From: Syntrophobacterales bacterium
GTDB lineage: Bacteria > Desulfobacterota > Syntrophia > Syntrophales > UBA2210
Length of the DNA: 64,000 nucleotides
Assembly: GCA_018433345.1 (NCBI GenBank)
Contig: JAHDRK010000007.1
Span: forward strand, 20,135-84,134
Direction of reading: 5' to 3'
Below, piece after piece: positions 50,313-59,283 of the stretch. The notes beneath the pieces are model-generated. The model searched no databases. It was not told where the DNA came from and saw nothing but the letters and a program-made list of their open reading frames with translations. The translations under genes and the position numbers were made by a program. The number at the start of each line of letters is the position of its first letter. Position 1 is the first letter of the stretch.

Positions 50313-51368
50313 TTACCTCCGCAACGATCGTTCCGTACTCACGCCCTCCGAGACAAGCCGGAGGGAATCCACCGCTACTGCCGGGTCTTCACCCATGCTT
50401 ATTGTAACATGGGGAAAAAGGTTTTCCAGGTACCTGACATTTCCCTTGCGCTGCCCTCGAAGGCGTGAAAGGTCGCCCGGAGAGGCAAGGAGACAAACTT
50501 CGGCCGTTCCGAAGGGCGTGGTTTTCAGTAGTTCCACCGCCATGCGGCGGAAAAGCCGCTCCTCCACGAGGGAACGGAAGGAGGGGTGTAGAGGGCCGGC
50601 AAGAACATTGTCCTTTTCCTTCATCGTCTCCGACAGGTGAAGGCCGAGTCTTATCACGTTGATCCCCGCTTTTTTCAGGCGCACGAGGGCACCCGCGCAC
50701 AGCTCGACGGCGTGATCCAGGGAAAGCGGTTCATAATGTCCTTCCCTGTACAACCGCTCCAGCTCCGTGCCGCGGAGAACCAGTGTAGGATGTATCCTGA
50801 CCGTGTGGGGTGCGAGCCCGATCACCTCGTCGATGCCGGCCAGAAAGGATTCGTCCGTCTCACCTGGAAGTCCCGCCATGAGATGCACTCCCGCCTCGAA
50901 ACCTTCTTCCTTCAGTAAACTCAAAGCCCGACGCACCGAGAGGGCGTCGTGACCTCTTCGAGCCAGCGCAAGGACGTCGTCGTTCATGGATTGGGCGCCT
51001 ATCTCTACGGTGCGCACGCCCCGGTGGTAAAGTCGGCGTATCTCGTGTCCCTCTATGTGATCGGGCCGCGTGGAAACGCGAAGGGAGTTTACCGCTCCCG
51101 ATTCCAGGTAAGGGCGGGCGAAACTGAGAAGCTCCTCCCCGTCCTTTTCAGCGAGGCCCGTGAAATTGCCGCCGTAAAAAGCGATCTGCACGCACTCGAA
51201 ACGGTTTCCCGCGCTTTGCAGGTAGCTGTCCACCGTTTTTCTGAAGGTCGATTCGGTGATGCGTCCATCGTAATTTCCGGCAAGGATCGATTCATTGCAG
51301 TAAATGCAACGGTTAGGACAACCACGGTTCATTATGAAAAGGGGAATGATCAGGGTCTTCGGTTTCAT
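50313..51368 (-). CDS. radical SAM protein (ELP3/HemN-like core, no acetyltransferase domain), function unknown
   Basis: 351 aa. Cluster motif GCPNRCIYC and FYGGNFTG. Its ATG overlaps the rnc stop (ATGA), and it ends 8 nt before era. Confidence 0.8.
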   Translation of the reverse strand: MKPKTLIIPLFIMNRGCPNRCIYCNESILAGNYDGRITESTFRKTVDSYLQSAGNRFECVQIAFYGGNFTGLAEKDGEELLSFARPYLESGAVNSLRVSTRPDHIEGHEIRRLYHRGVRTVEIGAQSMNDDVLALARRGHDALSVRRALSLLKEEGFEAGVHLMAGLPGETDESFLAGIDEVIGLAPHTVRIHPTLVLRGTELERLYREGHYEPLSLDHAVELCAGALVRLKKAGINVIRLGLHLSETMKEKDNVLAGPLHPSFRSLVEERLFRRMAVELLKTTPFGTAEVCLLASPGDLSRLRGQRKGNVRYLENLFPHVTISMGEDPAVAVDSLRLVSEGVSTERSLRR

Positions 51369-52090
51369 GGTTCTCTTTCCGCCGTTATTGCTTCGAGCGT
51401 GGCAAGCGCCGCCCCGGCGGCCTGTTGTTCCGCTTCCTTTTTGCTTTTTCCCGATCCCTGGGCGATAAGGACGTTGCTTATCTGTACTTCGACTTGGAAG
51501 GTGCGATCGTGATCGGGTCCACTGACGTTCGTCACTCGGTAGGACGGAAGCTCGCGGAACAGTTCGTGGCTTCGTTCCTGCAGGCGCGACTTGCGATCAT
51601 GATCGAGGACCGTCTCTTCTATGGATTCGAGGAGTGGTGAAAACAACCTTTTGACAAGTTGCCGGGCCTTGTCGTACCCTCCGTCGATAAAAACCGCTCC
51701 GATCACTGCCTCCAATGTGTTCGAAAGGATAGATTCCTTGTCCCTGCCCCCGTGAAGATCTTCACCCTTTCCCAAGAGAATGAACCCGCCCAGGGAGCAG
51801 CCGCGCGCCACTTCGGCAAGCGAATGTTCGGTAACAAGGAAAGATCGTAATTTGGAGAGCTTTCCCTCGTCGTGGCCGGTGAACCGCCAGTACAACATTT
51901 CACTCGCCGCCAGTTGAATCACGGCGTCGCCGAGAAACTCCATGCGTTCGTTGTCGGGCAGGTTCCTCTCTTTGTTTTCGTTTACGAAGGAGCTGTGACA
52001 GAGTGCCACGTGGAGCAGTGAGTCGTCTTTGAAACGATACCCGAGCGCTTCTTCCAACCTGTGCAGGTCCTCCGCCCCTGCGTCATCCAT
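51365..52090 (-). CDS. rnc: ribonuclease III
   Basis: ERMEFLGDAV signature and a C-terminal dsRBD (GPDHDRTF...GSGKSKKEAEQQAA). The start could be 52108. Confidence 0.9.
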   Translation of the reverse strand: MDDAGAEDLHRLEEALGYRFKDDSLLHVALCHSSFVNENKERNLPDNERMEFLGDAVIQLAASEMLYWRFTGHDEGKLSKLRSFLVTEHSLAEVARGCSLGGFILLGKGEDLHGGRDKESILSNTLEAVIGAVFIDGGYDKARQLVKRLFSPLLESIEETVLDHDRKSRLQERSHELFRELPSYRVTNVSGPDHDRTFQVEVQISNVLIAQGSGKSKKEAEQQAAGAALATLEAITAEREP

Positions 52091-53396
52091 GTTGAATCCT
52101 TCCAACAAGCCTCCCCTTATCGTCCGTCGATTCCACGACCACCGGTACGATGCGGTTAGTCATTGACATATCTCCATTTATCACAGAAACGGGAATATAG
52201 GTATCGGAAAAGCCCTGGATTGACCCTGAAAGGCCGTTCCTCCTCGCTTCCAGCAACACGGGAAGAGATTTTCCTATGAATTGACCACGGTAACGGCGGG
52301 ACATGGCGGCGCCCATCTCCCTGAGTATCCGAGCGCGGCGGTGCTTGATCTCTTCCGGTACCTGGCGGGGGAGGTCGGCGGCCGGCGTTCCCGGCCGGCG
52401 GGAATAAGGAAAGACATGAAAATAGGCCAAGGGAAGTGAATTTACAAAATCGACGGTATTTTTAAATTCGCGCTCCCCTTCGCCGGGATAGCCCGCGATG
52501 ATATCGATCCCCACAGCCGCGCGGGGGATGTGATTGATGATCTCCCTGACCAGGTTTCTGAAATCCGCGGCGGTATAATTCCGGCCCATCGCCGCCAGCA
52601 CACTGTCGTCACCGCTTTGGAGCGCCAAGTGAAAGTGGGGACACAGGCGCTTGGACGAACGGAACAACTCGACGAGGTCGTCGTCCACGTCCATCGGTTC
52701 CAGGGAGCTTACCCGAATCCTGTCGAGCGGCGTTTCATCCTCTATGCGGCGAATCACCGACGCCAGATTGCGCCGTGGGTCGAGATCGAGTCCGTAATGA
52801 CCCAGGTGGATGCCGGTGAGCACTACTTCCCGGTAACCGGAACGCGCAAAGGTTTTTACCGCTCCGATCACCTCGTCGTCGGGCCGACTTCGGCTCCTGC
52901 CCCTGGCATAGGGGATGATGCAGAAATGGCAAAAGCTGTTACAACCATCCTGGATTTTCAGGAAGGCCCGCGTCCGGCCCGGAAACGCGGTGATCGGGAG
53001 GGCGGAGAAGGGGAGAGACTTGTCCATGTTCGTGACCAATATCCCGCCGTCATGATGCAGACTTCTGCCTATCAGCTCCGGGATACGTTCTTTCATTTCC
53101 GTGCCGACGACGAGCGAGACACCTTCGATTTCGGAGATAGGACCGGGCGCTACCTGGGCGTAACAACCCGTTACGACGATGCCCGCCTCGGGGTTTAGAC
53201 GCCTGGCCCGCCGGATAAGCTGCCGGGACTGGTAGTCGGTACGGGCCGTTACTGTGCAGGTGTTCACAACGTACAGATCCGCAGGTTCCTTGAACGGTAC
53301 GATCCTGACGCCTTTATGACGCAAGGCCTCGGCTATGCCTGCCGATTCAAACCGGTTAACCTTGCAACCCAGGGTTTCCAGGGCGATCGTTGTCAC
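52083..53396 (-). CDS. mtaB: MiaB-like tRNA methylthiotransferase (MtaB type)
   Basis: N-terminal UPF0004 LGCKVNRFES, radical SAM CNSFCHFCIIP, and a C-terminal TRAM-like region. GTG start. Confidence 0.85.
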   Translation of the reverse strand: MTTIALETLGCKVNRFESAGIAEALRHKGVRIVPFKEPADLYVVNTCTVTARTDYQSRQLIRRARRLNPEAGIVVTGCYAQVAPGPISEIEGVSLVVGTEMKERIPELIGRSLHHDGGILVTNMDKSLPFSALPITAFPGRTRAFLKIQDGCNSFCHFCIIPYARGRSRSRPDDEVIGAVKTFARSGYREVVLTGIHLGHYGLDLDPRRNLASVIRRIEDETPLDRIRVSSLEPMDVDDDLVELFRSSKRLCPHFHLALQSGDDSVLAAMGRNYTAADFRNLVREIINHIPRAAVGIDIIAGYPGEGEREFKNTVDFVNSLPLAYFHVFPYSRRPGTPAADLPRQVPEEIKHRRARILREMGAAMSRRYRGQFIGKSLPVLLEARRNGLSGSIQGFSDTYIPVSVINGDMSMTNRIVPVVVESTDDKGRLVGRIQHG

Positions 53397-53489
53397 GTCG
53401 ACTCCTTTACCTGAAAATCATCGAAAACAGTGCAGATATATCCTTAAAACATGCCTTGTCAATACTCATGGTCGGCGGCCCGATATTCT

Positions 53490-53519
53490 TTGACATGAGT
53501 CGCCTGCTCGGCGTATCAT
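53490..53519 (+). promoter_or_regulatory. candidate sigma70 promoter (-35 TTGACA, 18 nt, -10 TATCAT)
   Basis: Near-consensus hexamers about 95 nt upstream of the DUF2147 gene. Confidence 0.5.
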
Positions 53520-53614
53520 GCGCAGGTATCGACCGACCTGTTTCTCGGGGCACTGTTTCACCGGGAAGCCCGGAGTCTTCCGGAAGACCGTGAATTATTC
53601 CATGGAGGTGCAAG

Positions 53615-54070
53615 ATGAAAAACATTCGAATCCCACTATTTGTTTCGTCGATCTTAGTCCTTTTCGTCGTTTTCCTGTCACTTCCCGCGTGGGCCGCGGA
53701 CCCCGTGGAAGGATTTTGGACCAGCATTGACGAAGAGACCAATGAACCGACCGCCTATTGGCAGCTTACCGTAACGGACGGTGAACTGAAAGGGGTTATA
53801 GTCAGGCTGCCCGAGGGCAAGAATCCCGAGGCCGTGTGCGATAAGTGCGAAGACGAATACAAGGACATGCCTATTATAGGGACCACCTGGCTTCACCTGA
53901 AGAAACAAAAAAGCGATGGTACCTGGGAAGACGGTTTTATAATTGATTCAGGTAAGGGCAAAAAATACAAGGCAAAGGTCTGGGTCGAGGACGGCGACCT
54001 GAAAGTCAGGGGATACGTGGGATTTCTTCATCGTACCCAGACATGGAAACGGGTGGATGATCCGCGCTGA
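53615..54070 (+). CDS. secreted DUF2147 family protein
   Basis: Signal peptide ending PAWA|AD. GFWTSID...KYKAKVWVEDGDLKVRGYVGFLHRTQTWKR matches the DUF2147 pattern. Confidence 0.75.
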   Translation: MKNIRIPLFVSSILVLFVVFLSLPAWAADPVEGFWTSIDEETNEPTAYWQLTVTDGELKGVIVRLPEGKNPEAVCDKCEDEYKDMPIIGTTWLHLKKQKSDGTWEDGFIIDSGKGKKYKAKVWVEDGDLKVRGYVGFLHRTQTWKRVDDPR

Positions 54071-54299
54071 AGAAAGATCGTGTCCGATTCAAGATCGAAA
54101 TGACGCCTTTTGCTTCCTCGATGTATTTTACGCCGGGAGCATAGGGGACGGGGGCGTCTCCGCTGAGGCCGGTTTCGTATCCCGCGAGGATCGGCACGGC
54201 GGTATCCGTTAGCCGGCGGAGTGGAGCGGGACGACATCGTTCATCGGTTTTTTGTTTGATTGTCTTAAAGATGCAAGAGTGCACTGAAAGAAACGAGCA

Positions 54300-55109
54300 T
54301 TGGTCGAAACCAATACATTCGAAGGGGTTACACAGATCCACCTGAGCCGTGAATTAAACGGAGAACCCTTGTATTGGGTTGCCGTTTACCTCGTGGACGG
54401 CCTTTTGATAGACACCGGTTGCGCCTATACCTCGGAAGAACTGGCGCTGTCACTCGAAGGTCGAGATATCCGCGCCGTTGTCAACACCCACTTTCACGAG
54501 GACCACTGCGGCGGCAACCGCGAAATTCTCTATCGCCACGACGTTCCGCTATACGCCCACCCCGATTCGATTCCACTCATAGCCGAGAGGCCCTTCCTCT
54601 ATCCCTACCAGGTAATGGTATGGGGCTATCCGGAACCCACAAAGGCTCAGCCTATTCCCAGTGTCATCGAAACGGAACACTATCGTTTCGAGGTTATGGA
54701 AACGCCGGGGCACAGCCTGGGCCATGTCTGCCTGGTGGAGTTGTCTAGAGGCTGGTGTTTTTCGGGGGACATATTCGCCAGAGAAAAAATGAAGTTCATA
54801 CGGCCGGAAGAGGACATGAAAACAACAGTGGAATCGATGCGAAAGTTGATCGATCTCCCCTGTGAGCGGTTGGTCTTGTTCACGTCGATAGGCCGTATTG
54901 TAGAGGATGGGAGAACCGCCCTCGCGTCCTGTATTGAAAACCTTGAACAGCTTGCCCTGCGTGTGAAGGAATTGCACGGGCGGGGGGCGACAGTCGAAGG
55001 CATGGTAGAAGAAATTTTCGGTGGCGAGCACGCGTTCTGCGAGTTGACCAACAACCAGTATTCGACGAAAAACCTCGTTCGATCGTTGCTTCGAATGGGG
55101 TATATATAA
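54300..55109 (+). CDS. MBL-fold metallo-hydrolase
   Basis: THFHEDHCGGN metal motif and ETPGHS. The TTG start is uncertain. Confidence 0.8.
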   Translation: MVETNTFEGVTQIHLSRELNGEPLYWVAVYLVDGLLIDTGCAYTSEELALSLEGRDIRAVVNTHFHEDHCGGNREILYRHDVPLYAHPDSIPLIAERPFLYPYQVMVWGYPEPTKAQPIPSVIETEHYRFEVMETPGHSLGHVCLVELSRGWCFSGDIFAREKMKFIRPEEDMKTTVESMRKLIDLPCERLVLFTSIGRIVEDGRTALASCIENLEQLALRVKELHGRGATVEGMVEEIFGGEHAFCELTNNQYSTKNLVRSLLRMGYI

Positions 55110-55117
55110 TAATAAGG

Positions 55118-55222
55118 GATGGGGGTCGAATCTTTAAACTTGACATTTGGGAAAAAAGACCGGGGTGAAGGGTAAAAGGTGCGGCTGCGCCGCAGGTGAT
55201 AGGCTATGGGCTAGGGGCTGGC
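55118..55222 (+). repeat. G-rich intergenic repeat, copy B
   Basis: GGGTCGAATCTTTAAACTTGACATTTGGG plus GGGTAAAAGGT, GCGGCTGCGCCGCAGG and ATAGGCTATGGGCTAGGGGCT all align to copy A (6156..6297) in the same orientation. Confidence 0.6.
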
Positions 55223-55243
55223 GGTTCCGTATCTCGCTTCACT

Positions 55244-55287
55244 GCGCCTCGAAATCTCGCCCTTCGGGCTCAGACAGTTCGAGGCGC
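55244..55287 (+). other. nested stem-loop downstream of repeat copy B
   Basis: 10-bp outer stem GCGCCTCGAA/TTCGAGGCGC enclosing a GCCC-TTCG-GGC hairpin. Followed 6 nt later by TTTT. Confidence 0.4.
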
Positions 55288-55545
55288 GGTCGTTTTGCTT
55301 CGATGGGAACCGTTACTGAAAAAAGCTTGATTCGCCTTCCGGAATCAGGGCCGGCGATACGTTTTGTACGGGGCTAGGGGTAAGGGGCTCGGCACGAAAG
55401 GTTTTGCTTATTGTAAGGGGTGACACGAATGTGCGAAGGACGCAGATCATTTTGCGATAAACGCGACACTCCTCTCAGGTGCCTTGAGAAATAAGGGTGG
55501 GGACGTTTCTCCGCTTGTCTGTGGGCGTCTGTCGGTAAGGGCCTG

Positions 55546-56883
55546 TCAGTTCCGTTCGCCGATTGCTTCCGCGATATTCCTCACTTCTTCCATGGCCCGC
55601 TGCGCGTCGATGGTGGTCAGCTTTCTTTCTCGCACGACGATTTTGCCGTCGATGAGGACGGTTGAAACATCGGCTCCCGATGCCGACCAAAGGAGCAGCT
55701 CGCAAGGATCGCCGGCGATTGCCATGCGGGGCTTCTCGCGATCGACAAGGATGATGTCGGCCCGTTTGCCCTCTTCCAGGGAACCGATTTTGTCTTCAAG
55801 GCCCAGGACGCGGGCCCCTTCGATTGTGGCCATCCTGAGGGCCGATCGCGCGTCCATGACGTCCCTGTTCCGTGAAGCGTGGCGGTGAATTCCCACCGCC
55901 GTCCTCATTTCGCAAAAAAGGTCGAGGTCGTTGTTGCTCGCCGCCCCGTCCGTGCCGAGACCGATTACGATGCCGCGAGATCGCATGGCTGGAAGGGGGG
56001 CCACGCCGGCGGCCAGTTTCATGTTGCTTTCGGGGTTGTGGGATACGGCGCAGCGACGTTCGGCCAGGATGTCGAGTTCTTTATCATCCAACCACGTGCA
56101 ATGAACCAGTATCGTTGCACCGTCTAAAACTCCAAGGCGATCGAGATGACGGAGGGGCGTCGTGCCGTATCGACGGTTGATTTCATCCACTTCCCAGCGT
56201 GTTTCCGCTAGGTGCGTCAAAAAGAGCACCCCTCGTCGCCCCGCGACCGCCTTTATTTTCGACATCGTTTTCGGGGAACAGGTATAAGGAGCGTGACAGA
56301 AGAGGGCGGGAGTCAGTAATTGCGACGAGCCCTTCCAGCGATCGATGAAATTTTCTGCAATATTTTCGTTTTTCGCTGGATCGGGGATGCCGGGGACCGA
56401 GAAGTCGGCGAAACCCGCGCATATTACCGCTCTCATGCCTGCATCCAGGGCGACTGAGGCGACGGCGCCGGGAATGAAGTAGGAATCACAGACCGTCGTT
56501 GTTCCCGACAAGATGAGTTCCGCTATTGCCAGCCGTGCCCCGGCGGCGCAGAAAGCGGGGTCGACGAAGCGGGCCTCGGCGGGGAAGATATGACCGCTGA
56601 GCCATTCATCAAGGGGAAGGTCGTCGGCCAGCCCCCGGAAGCATACCATGGGCATGTGGCAGTGAGTGTTGACAAGCCCCGGAAGGATGTAGCGCCCGGA
56701 TCCGTCTATTATTTCGACTGATTCGGGAAGAGGGTCCTTCGACGAACCCCGGCGGATAAAGAGGATTTCGCCGTTTCCTATGCCTATTTCGGCATCTTCA
56801 ATTATATTCCCTCTTTCCGAAAGGGTTACCGCCGTTCCTCCCCGGATGAGGATATCTATCCTTTTTTCCACGGGGCATCTCAC
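55546..56883 (-). CDS. amidohydrolase, MtaD-like nucleoside deaminase (paralogue B)
   Basis: PGLVNTHCHMPM metal motif, HLAET, NPESNMKLAAGVAP and GLGTDGAASNNDLD. GTG start overlapping the upstream paralogue's stop. Confidence 0.85.
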   Translation of the reverse strand: MRCPVEKRIDILIRGGTAVTLSERGNIIEDAEIGIGNGEILFIRRGSSKDPLPESVEIIDGSGRYILPGLVNTHCHMPMVCFRGLADDLPLDEWLSGHIFPAEARFVDPAFCAAGARLAIAELILSGTTTVCDSYFIPGAVASVALDAGMRAVICAGFADFSVPGIPDPAKNENIAENFIDRWKGSSQLLTPALFCHAPYTCSPKTMSKIKAVAGRRGVLFLTHLAETRWEVDEINRRYGTTPLRHLDRLGVLDGATILVHCTWLDDKELDILAERRCAVSHNPESNMKLAAGVAPLPAMRSRGIVIGLGTDGAASNNDLDLFCEMRTAVGIHRHASRNRDVMDARSALRMATIEGARVLGLEDKIGSLEEGKRADIILVDREKPRMAIAGDPCELLLWSASGADVSTVLIDGKIVVRERKLTTIDAQRAMEEVRNIAEAIGERN

Positions 56884-58202
56884 ATTCCGAGGCCCGTTTT
56901 TATCTTTTCGGCTATGGTTCGGACCCGGCTCATAACTTCCTTTTCGTCTATTGTATGCAGTTTTCCATCTTCCATCACGATTTTGCCGTTGATAATCGAG
57001 GTCCTGACGTCATCGCCCTTGACGGCGTAAACGAGATGGGAATACTCGTTGTACAAGGGTGTCAAGTGCGGCTTGTCCATGTCTATAACTATAATGTCGG
57101 CCTTTTTCCCGGGCTGGAGAGAACCGGTGGCCTCTTCAAGTCCCAGTACCTTTGCGCCTTCGCAAGTGGCCATGCGGGTGACGGTTAAGGCCGACATGAC
57201 CGTTGGATCGAGGCGCTCCACCTTCTCCAGTTTCGCCGCCGTGTCCATTTCAAGGAACATGTCAAGGTCGTTATTGCTGGCGGCGCCGTCCGTTCCCAGT
57301 CCCACCACGATTCCCCGTTCCATCATCGCCGTGACGGGCGCAACACCGGAAGCGAGCTTCATGTTACTTTCCGGATTGTAAACAACTTTGCAGCCCCTTT
57401 CGGCCATGATCCTCATCTCTTCCTCGTCCACCGCCACACAGTGGAAAGCGAAAAAGCGTTCGTCCAGGAGACCGAGATCGCGGAGGAAATAAACAGCCGG
57501 CATGCCGAACTTTTCTTCCAGCTCCGCTCTCTCGCCTCGGTTTTCGAGGAGGTGGACCGCCAAAGGGGCGCCGTAATCATCGGCCAGCCGCTTGGCTTTC
57601 TCAAGAAGGGCCGGCGAGCAGGTATATAACGCGTGGGGTTCGACGGCGATGTTTACCAGTGGGTGACCGGCCCACTTCTCCAGGAGCAAGCGGCTGTAGT
57701 TCAATCCTTCTTCGGGTGTCTTTGCGTTCGGAGATGGAAAATCGAACAAGGCCTCACCCAGGAGACAGCGCATCCCGGCATCCGAGGCGGCCCGTGCCGT
57801 TTCGCCTTCGAACAAGTACATGTCGCAGAAGGTCGTCGTACCCGACCTGATCATCTCGGCGCAGGCGAGAAGACTTCCCCAATAAACGAACTCGGGATTT
57901 ACGTTTTGCGCCTCCGCCGGGAAGATGTAATTATTGAGCCAATCCATGAGGGTCTTGTCGTCGGAAATTCCTCGAAAACAAGTCATGGCGGCGTGGGTGT
58001 GTGCGTTTATCAGCCCCGGCATGACGATGCATCGCGCGGCGTCGATGGTTTTCTTCGCCTTCCATTCCCGGCCGACGGCACTCATGTCCCCTAGGGCAAC
58101 GATAACATCGTCCTTCACGACCACGGCGCCCCCGCGCATGATCCGATCGTCGTCCATCGGAAGTACTGTGCCGCCGGAAATGCATATATCCGCTTCGCGC
58201 AT
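56880..58202 (-). CDS. mtaD: amidohydrolase, 5-methylthioadenosine/S-adenosylhomocysteine deaminase-like (paralogue A)
   Basis: PGLINAHTHAAM, HLLEN, NPESNMKLASGVAP and GLGTDGAASNNDLD. Confidence 0.85.
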   Translation of the reverse strand: MREADICISGGTVLPMDDDRIMRGGAVVVKDDVIVALGDMSAVGREWKAKKTIDAARCIVMPGLINAHTHAAMTCFRGISDDKTLMDWLNNYIFPAEAQNVNPEFVYWGSLLACAEMIRSGTTTFCDMYLFEGETARAASDAGMRCLLGEALFDFPSPNAKTPEEGLNYSRLLLEKWAGHPLVNIAVEPHALYTCSPALLEKAKRLADDYGAPLAVHLLENRGERAELEEKFGMPAVYFLRDLGLLDERFFAFHCVAVDEEEMRIMAERGCKVVYNPESNMKLASGVAPVTAMMERGIVVGLGTDGAASNNDLDMFLEMDTAAKLEKVERLDPTVMSALTVTRMATCEGAKVLGLEEATGSLQPGKKADIIVIDMDKPHLTPLYNEYSHLVYAVKGDDVRTSIINGKIVMEDGKLHTIDEKEVMSRVRTIAEKIKTGLGM

Positions 58203-58315
58203 AGCGTGAGTTTTTACCTTTCAGTTTACGTAATATGAATGAGCTTTTTATCACAGGCTGTTACGGCTCCTCAAGGACAAAGACCGCCATGGGCGGAACA
58301 ACCGCCGATGGAATC

Positions 58316-58344
58316 TTGAAAGCGCATGAGAGACGTGATATAGC
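58316..58344 (+). promoter_or_regulatory. candidate promoter for tRNA-Leu (-35 TTGAAA, 17 nt, -10 TATAGC)
   Basis: Hexamers and spacing read directly. Ends about 25 nt before the tRNA 5' end. Confidence 0.4.
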
Positions 58345-58369
58345 CGAGACATCGGCAAAAAGATAAAGT

Positions 58370-58457
58370 GCCTGGGTGGCGGAAATGGTAGACGCAAGGG
58401 ACTTAAAATCCCTCGAAGTTTGACTTCGTGCGGGTTCGATTCCCGCCCCAGGTACCA
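58370..58457 (+). tRNA. tRNA-Leu (anticodon UAA), CCA encoded
   Basis: Acceptor GCCTGGG/CCCAGGT (G-U closing pair). Anticodon stem AGGGA/TCCCT with loop CTTAAAA. Long variable arm. Confidence 0.9.
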
Positions 58458-58533
58458 GATTTGACAGGGGTGGGCGCTGAATAGCCGCCGAACGCCTGTT
58501 TACGCGTGTCGCATCCAGGGTTTGCCTATTTCC

Positions 58534-58562
58534 TTGACCGTTGGCCCCCTTTCCCTTATAAA
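58534..58562 (+). promoter_or_regulatory. candidate adk promoter (-35 TTGACC, 17 nt, -10 TATAAA)
   Basis: Hexamers and spacing read directly. Lies about 58 nt upstream of the adk ATG. Confidence 0.45.
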
Positions 58563-58620
58563 ACATCACTTCCAGGCAGACGTGAAAGGCATATATTGAA
58601 TCGGAGACAGGAGGATAGGG

Positions 58621-59268
58621 ATGAAAATAATATTACTGGGAGCACCGGGCGCGGGGAAAGGCACGGTGGCGAAGTTGCTTTCCGAGTACGATGGTTCCGT
58701 CCAGATTTCAACGGGAGATATTCTAAGGGCTGCAGTCAAGGAAGGCAATGAGCTTGGCAAGGAGGCAAAGGCATACATGGATCGCGGCGATCTTGTACCC
58801 GATTCGTTGATCATGAAGATAATGGAAGCCCGACTTCAAGAGTCGGATTGTAAAAGAGGTTTCATAATGGACGGCTTCCCCAGGACCATACCCCAGGCGG
58901 AAGCGCTGAAGGAGCTCCTGGAAAGACTTTCTATCACCCTCGACATGGTTGTAAATTTGGAAGTTCCGCGGGAGGTTATCCTGGACAGGCTTACGACCCG
59001 CCGGACCTGTTCGAATCCTTCCTGCCAGGAAATATACAATATCAAGAGCAAACCTCCCACGCCGGAGGGTACCTGCAAAAAATGCGGGTCGCCCGTAATC
59101 CAGCGGGACGACGAAACGGAAGAGGCCATTCTCAACCGCTTGGAGACATATAACGCCATGACGGCACCTCTTATCGGGTTTTACGAGAAGGAAGGGCTGC
59201 TGAAGTCCTTCAAATCCCTGGACAGCAAGGCCACAGTTGAAGCGATCAAACAGAGCCTTTCGGCTTAG
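58621..59268 (+). CDS. adk: adenylate kinase (zinc-lid type)
   Basis: GAPGAGKGT P-loop. LID region CSNPSC...CKKCGSP. Confidence 0.92.
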   Translation: MKIILLGAPGAGKGTVAKLLSEYDGSVQISTGDILRAAVKEGNELGKEAKAYMDRGDLVPDSLIMKIMEARLQESDCKRGFIMDGFPRTIPQAEALKELLERLSITLDMVVNLEVPREVILDRLTTRRTCSNPSCQEIYNIKSKPPTPEGTCKKCGSPVIQRDDETEEAILNRLETYNAMTAPLIGFYEKEGLLKSFKSLDSKATVEAIKQSLSA

Positions 59269-59283
59269 GGTCGATTCAATCGC

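Noticed and set aside
54006-54341. A minus-strand 111-aa ORF spanning the DUF2147-MBL intergenic region. It contains a protein-like stretch, AVPILAGYETGLSGDAPVPYAPGVKYIEEAKGV, which could be a gene relic.
   Set aside because: It overlaps both flanking genes and has no start context. Only about 40 residues look protein-like, and I cannot assign a family. It would need tblastn to decide.
55147-55377. A 76-aa ORF inside repeat copy B.
   Set aside because: The composition is Gly/Arg/Ser-rich, there is no RBS, and it overlaps obvious RNA-type hairpins and G-tracts.
58203-58369. A possible SAH/SAM-type riboswitch upstream of the MtaD-like genes. The minus strand contains TGAGGAGCC and the alternating GGCGG/CCGCC/GGCGG segments.
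   Set aside because: I could not build the P1/P2/pseudoknot pairing of the SAH element, and only 5-bp helices are available. The resemblance is limited to one short motif.
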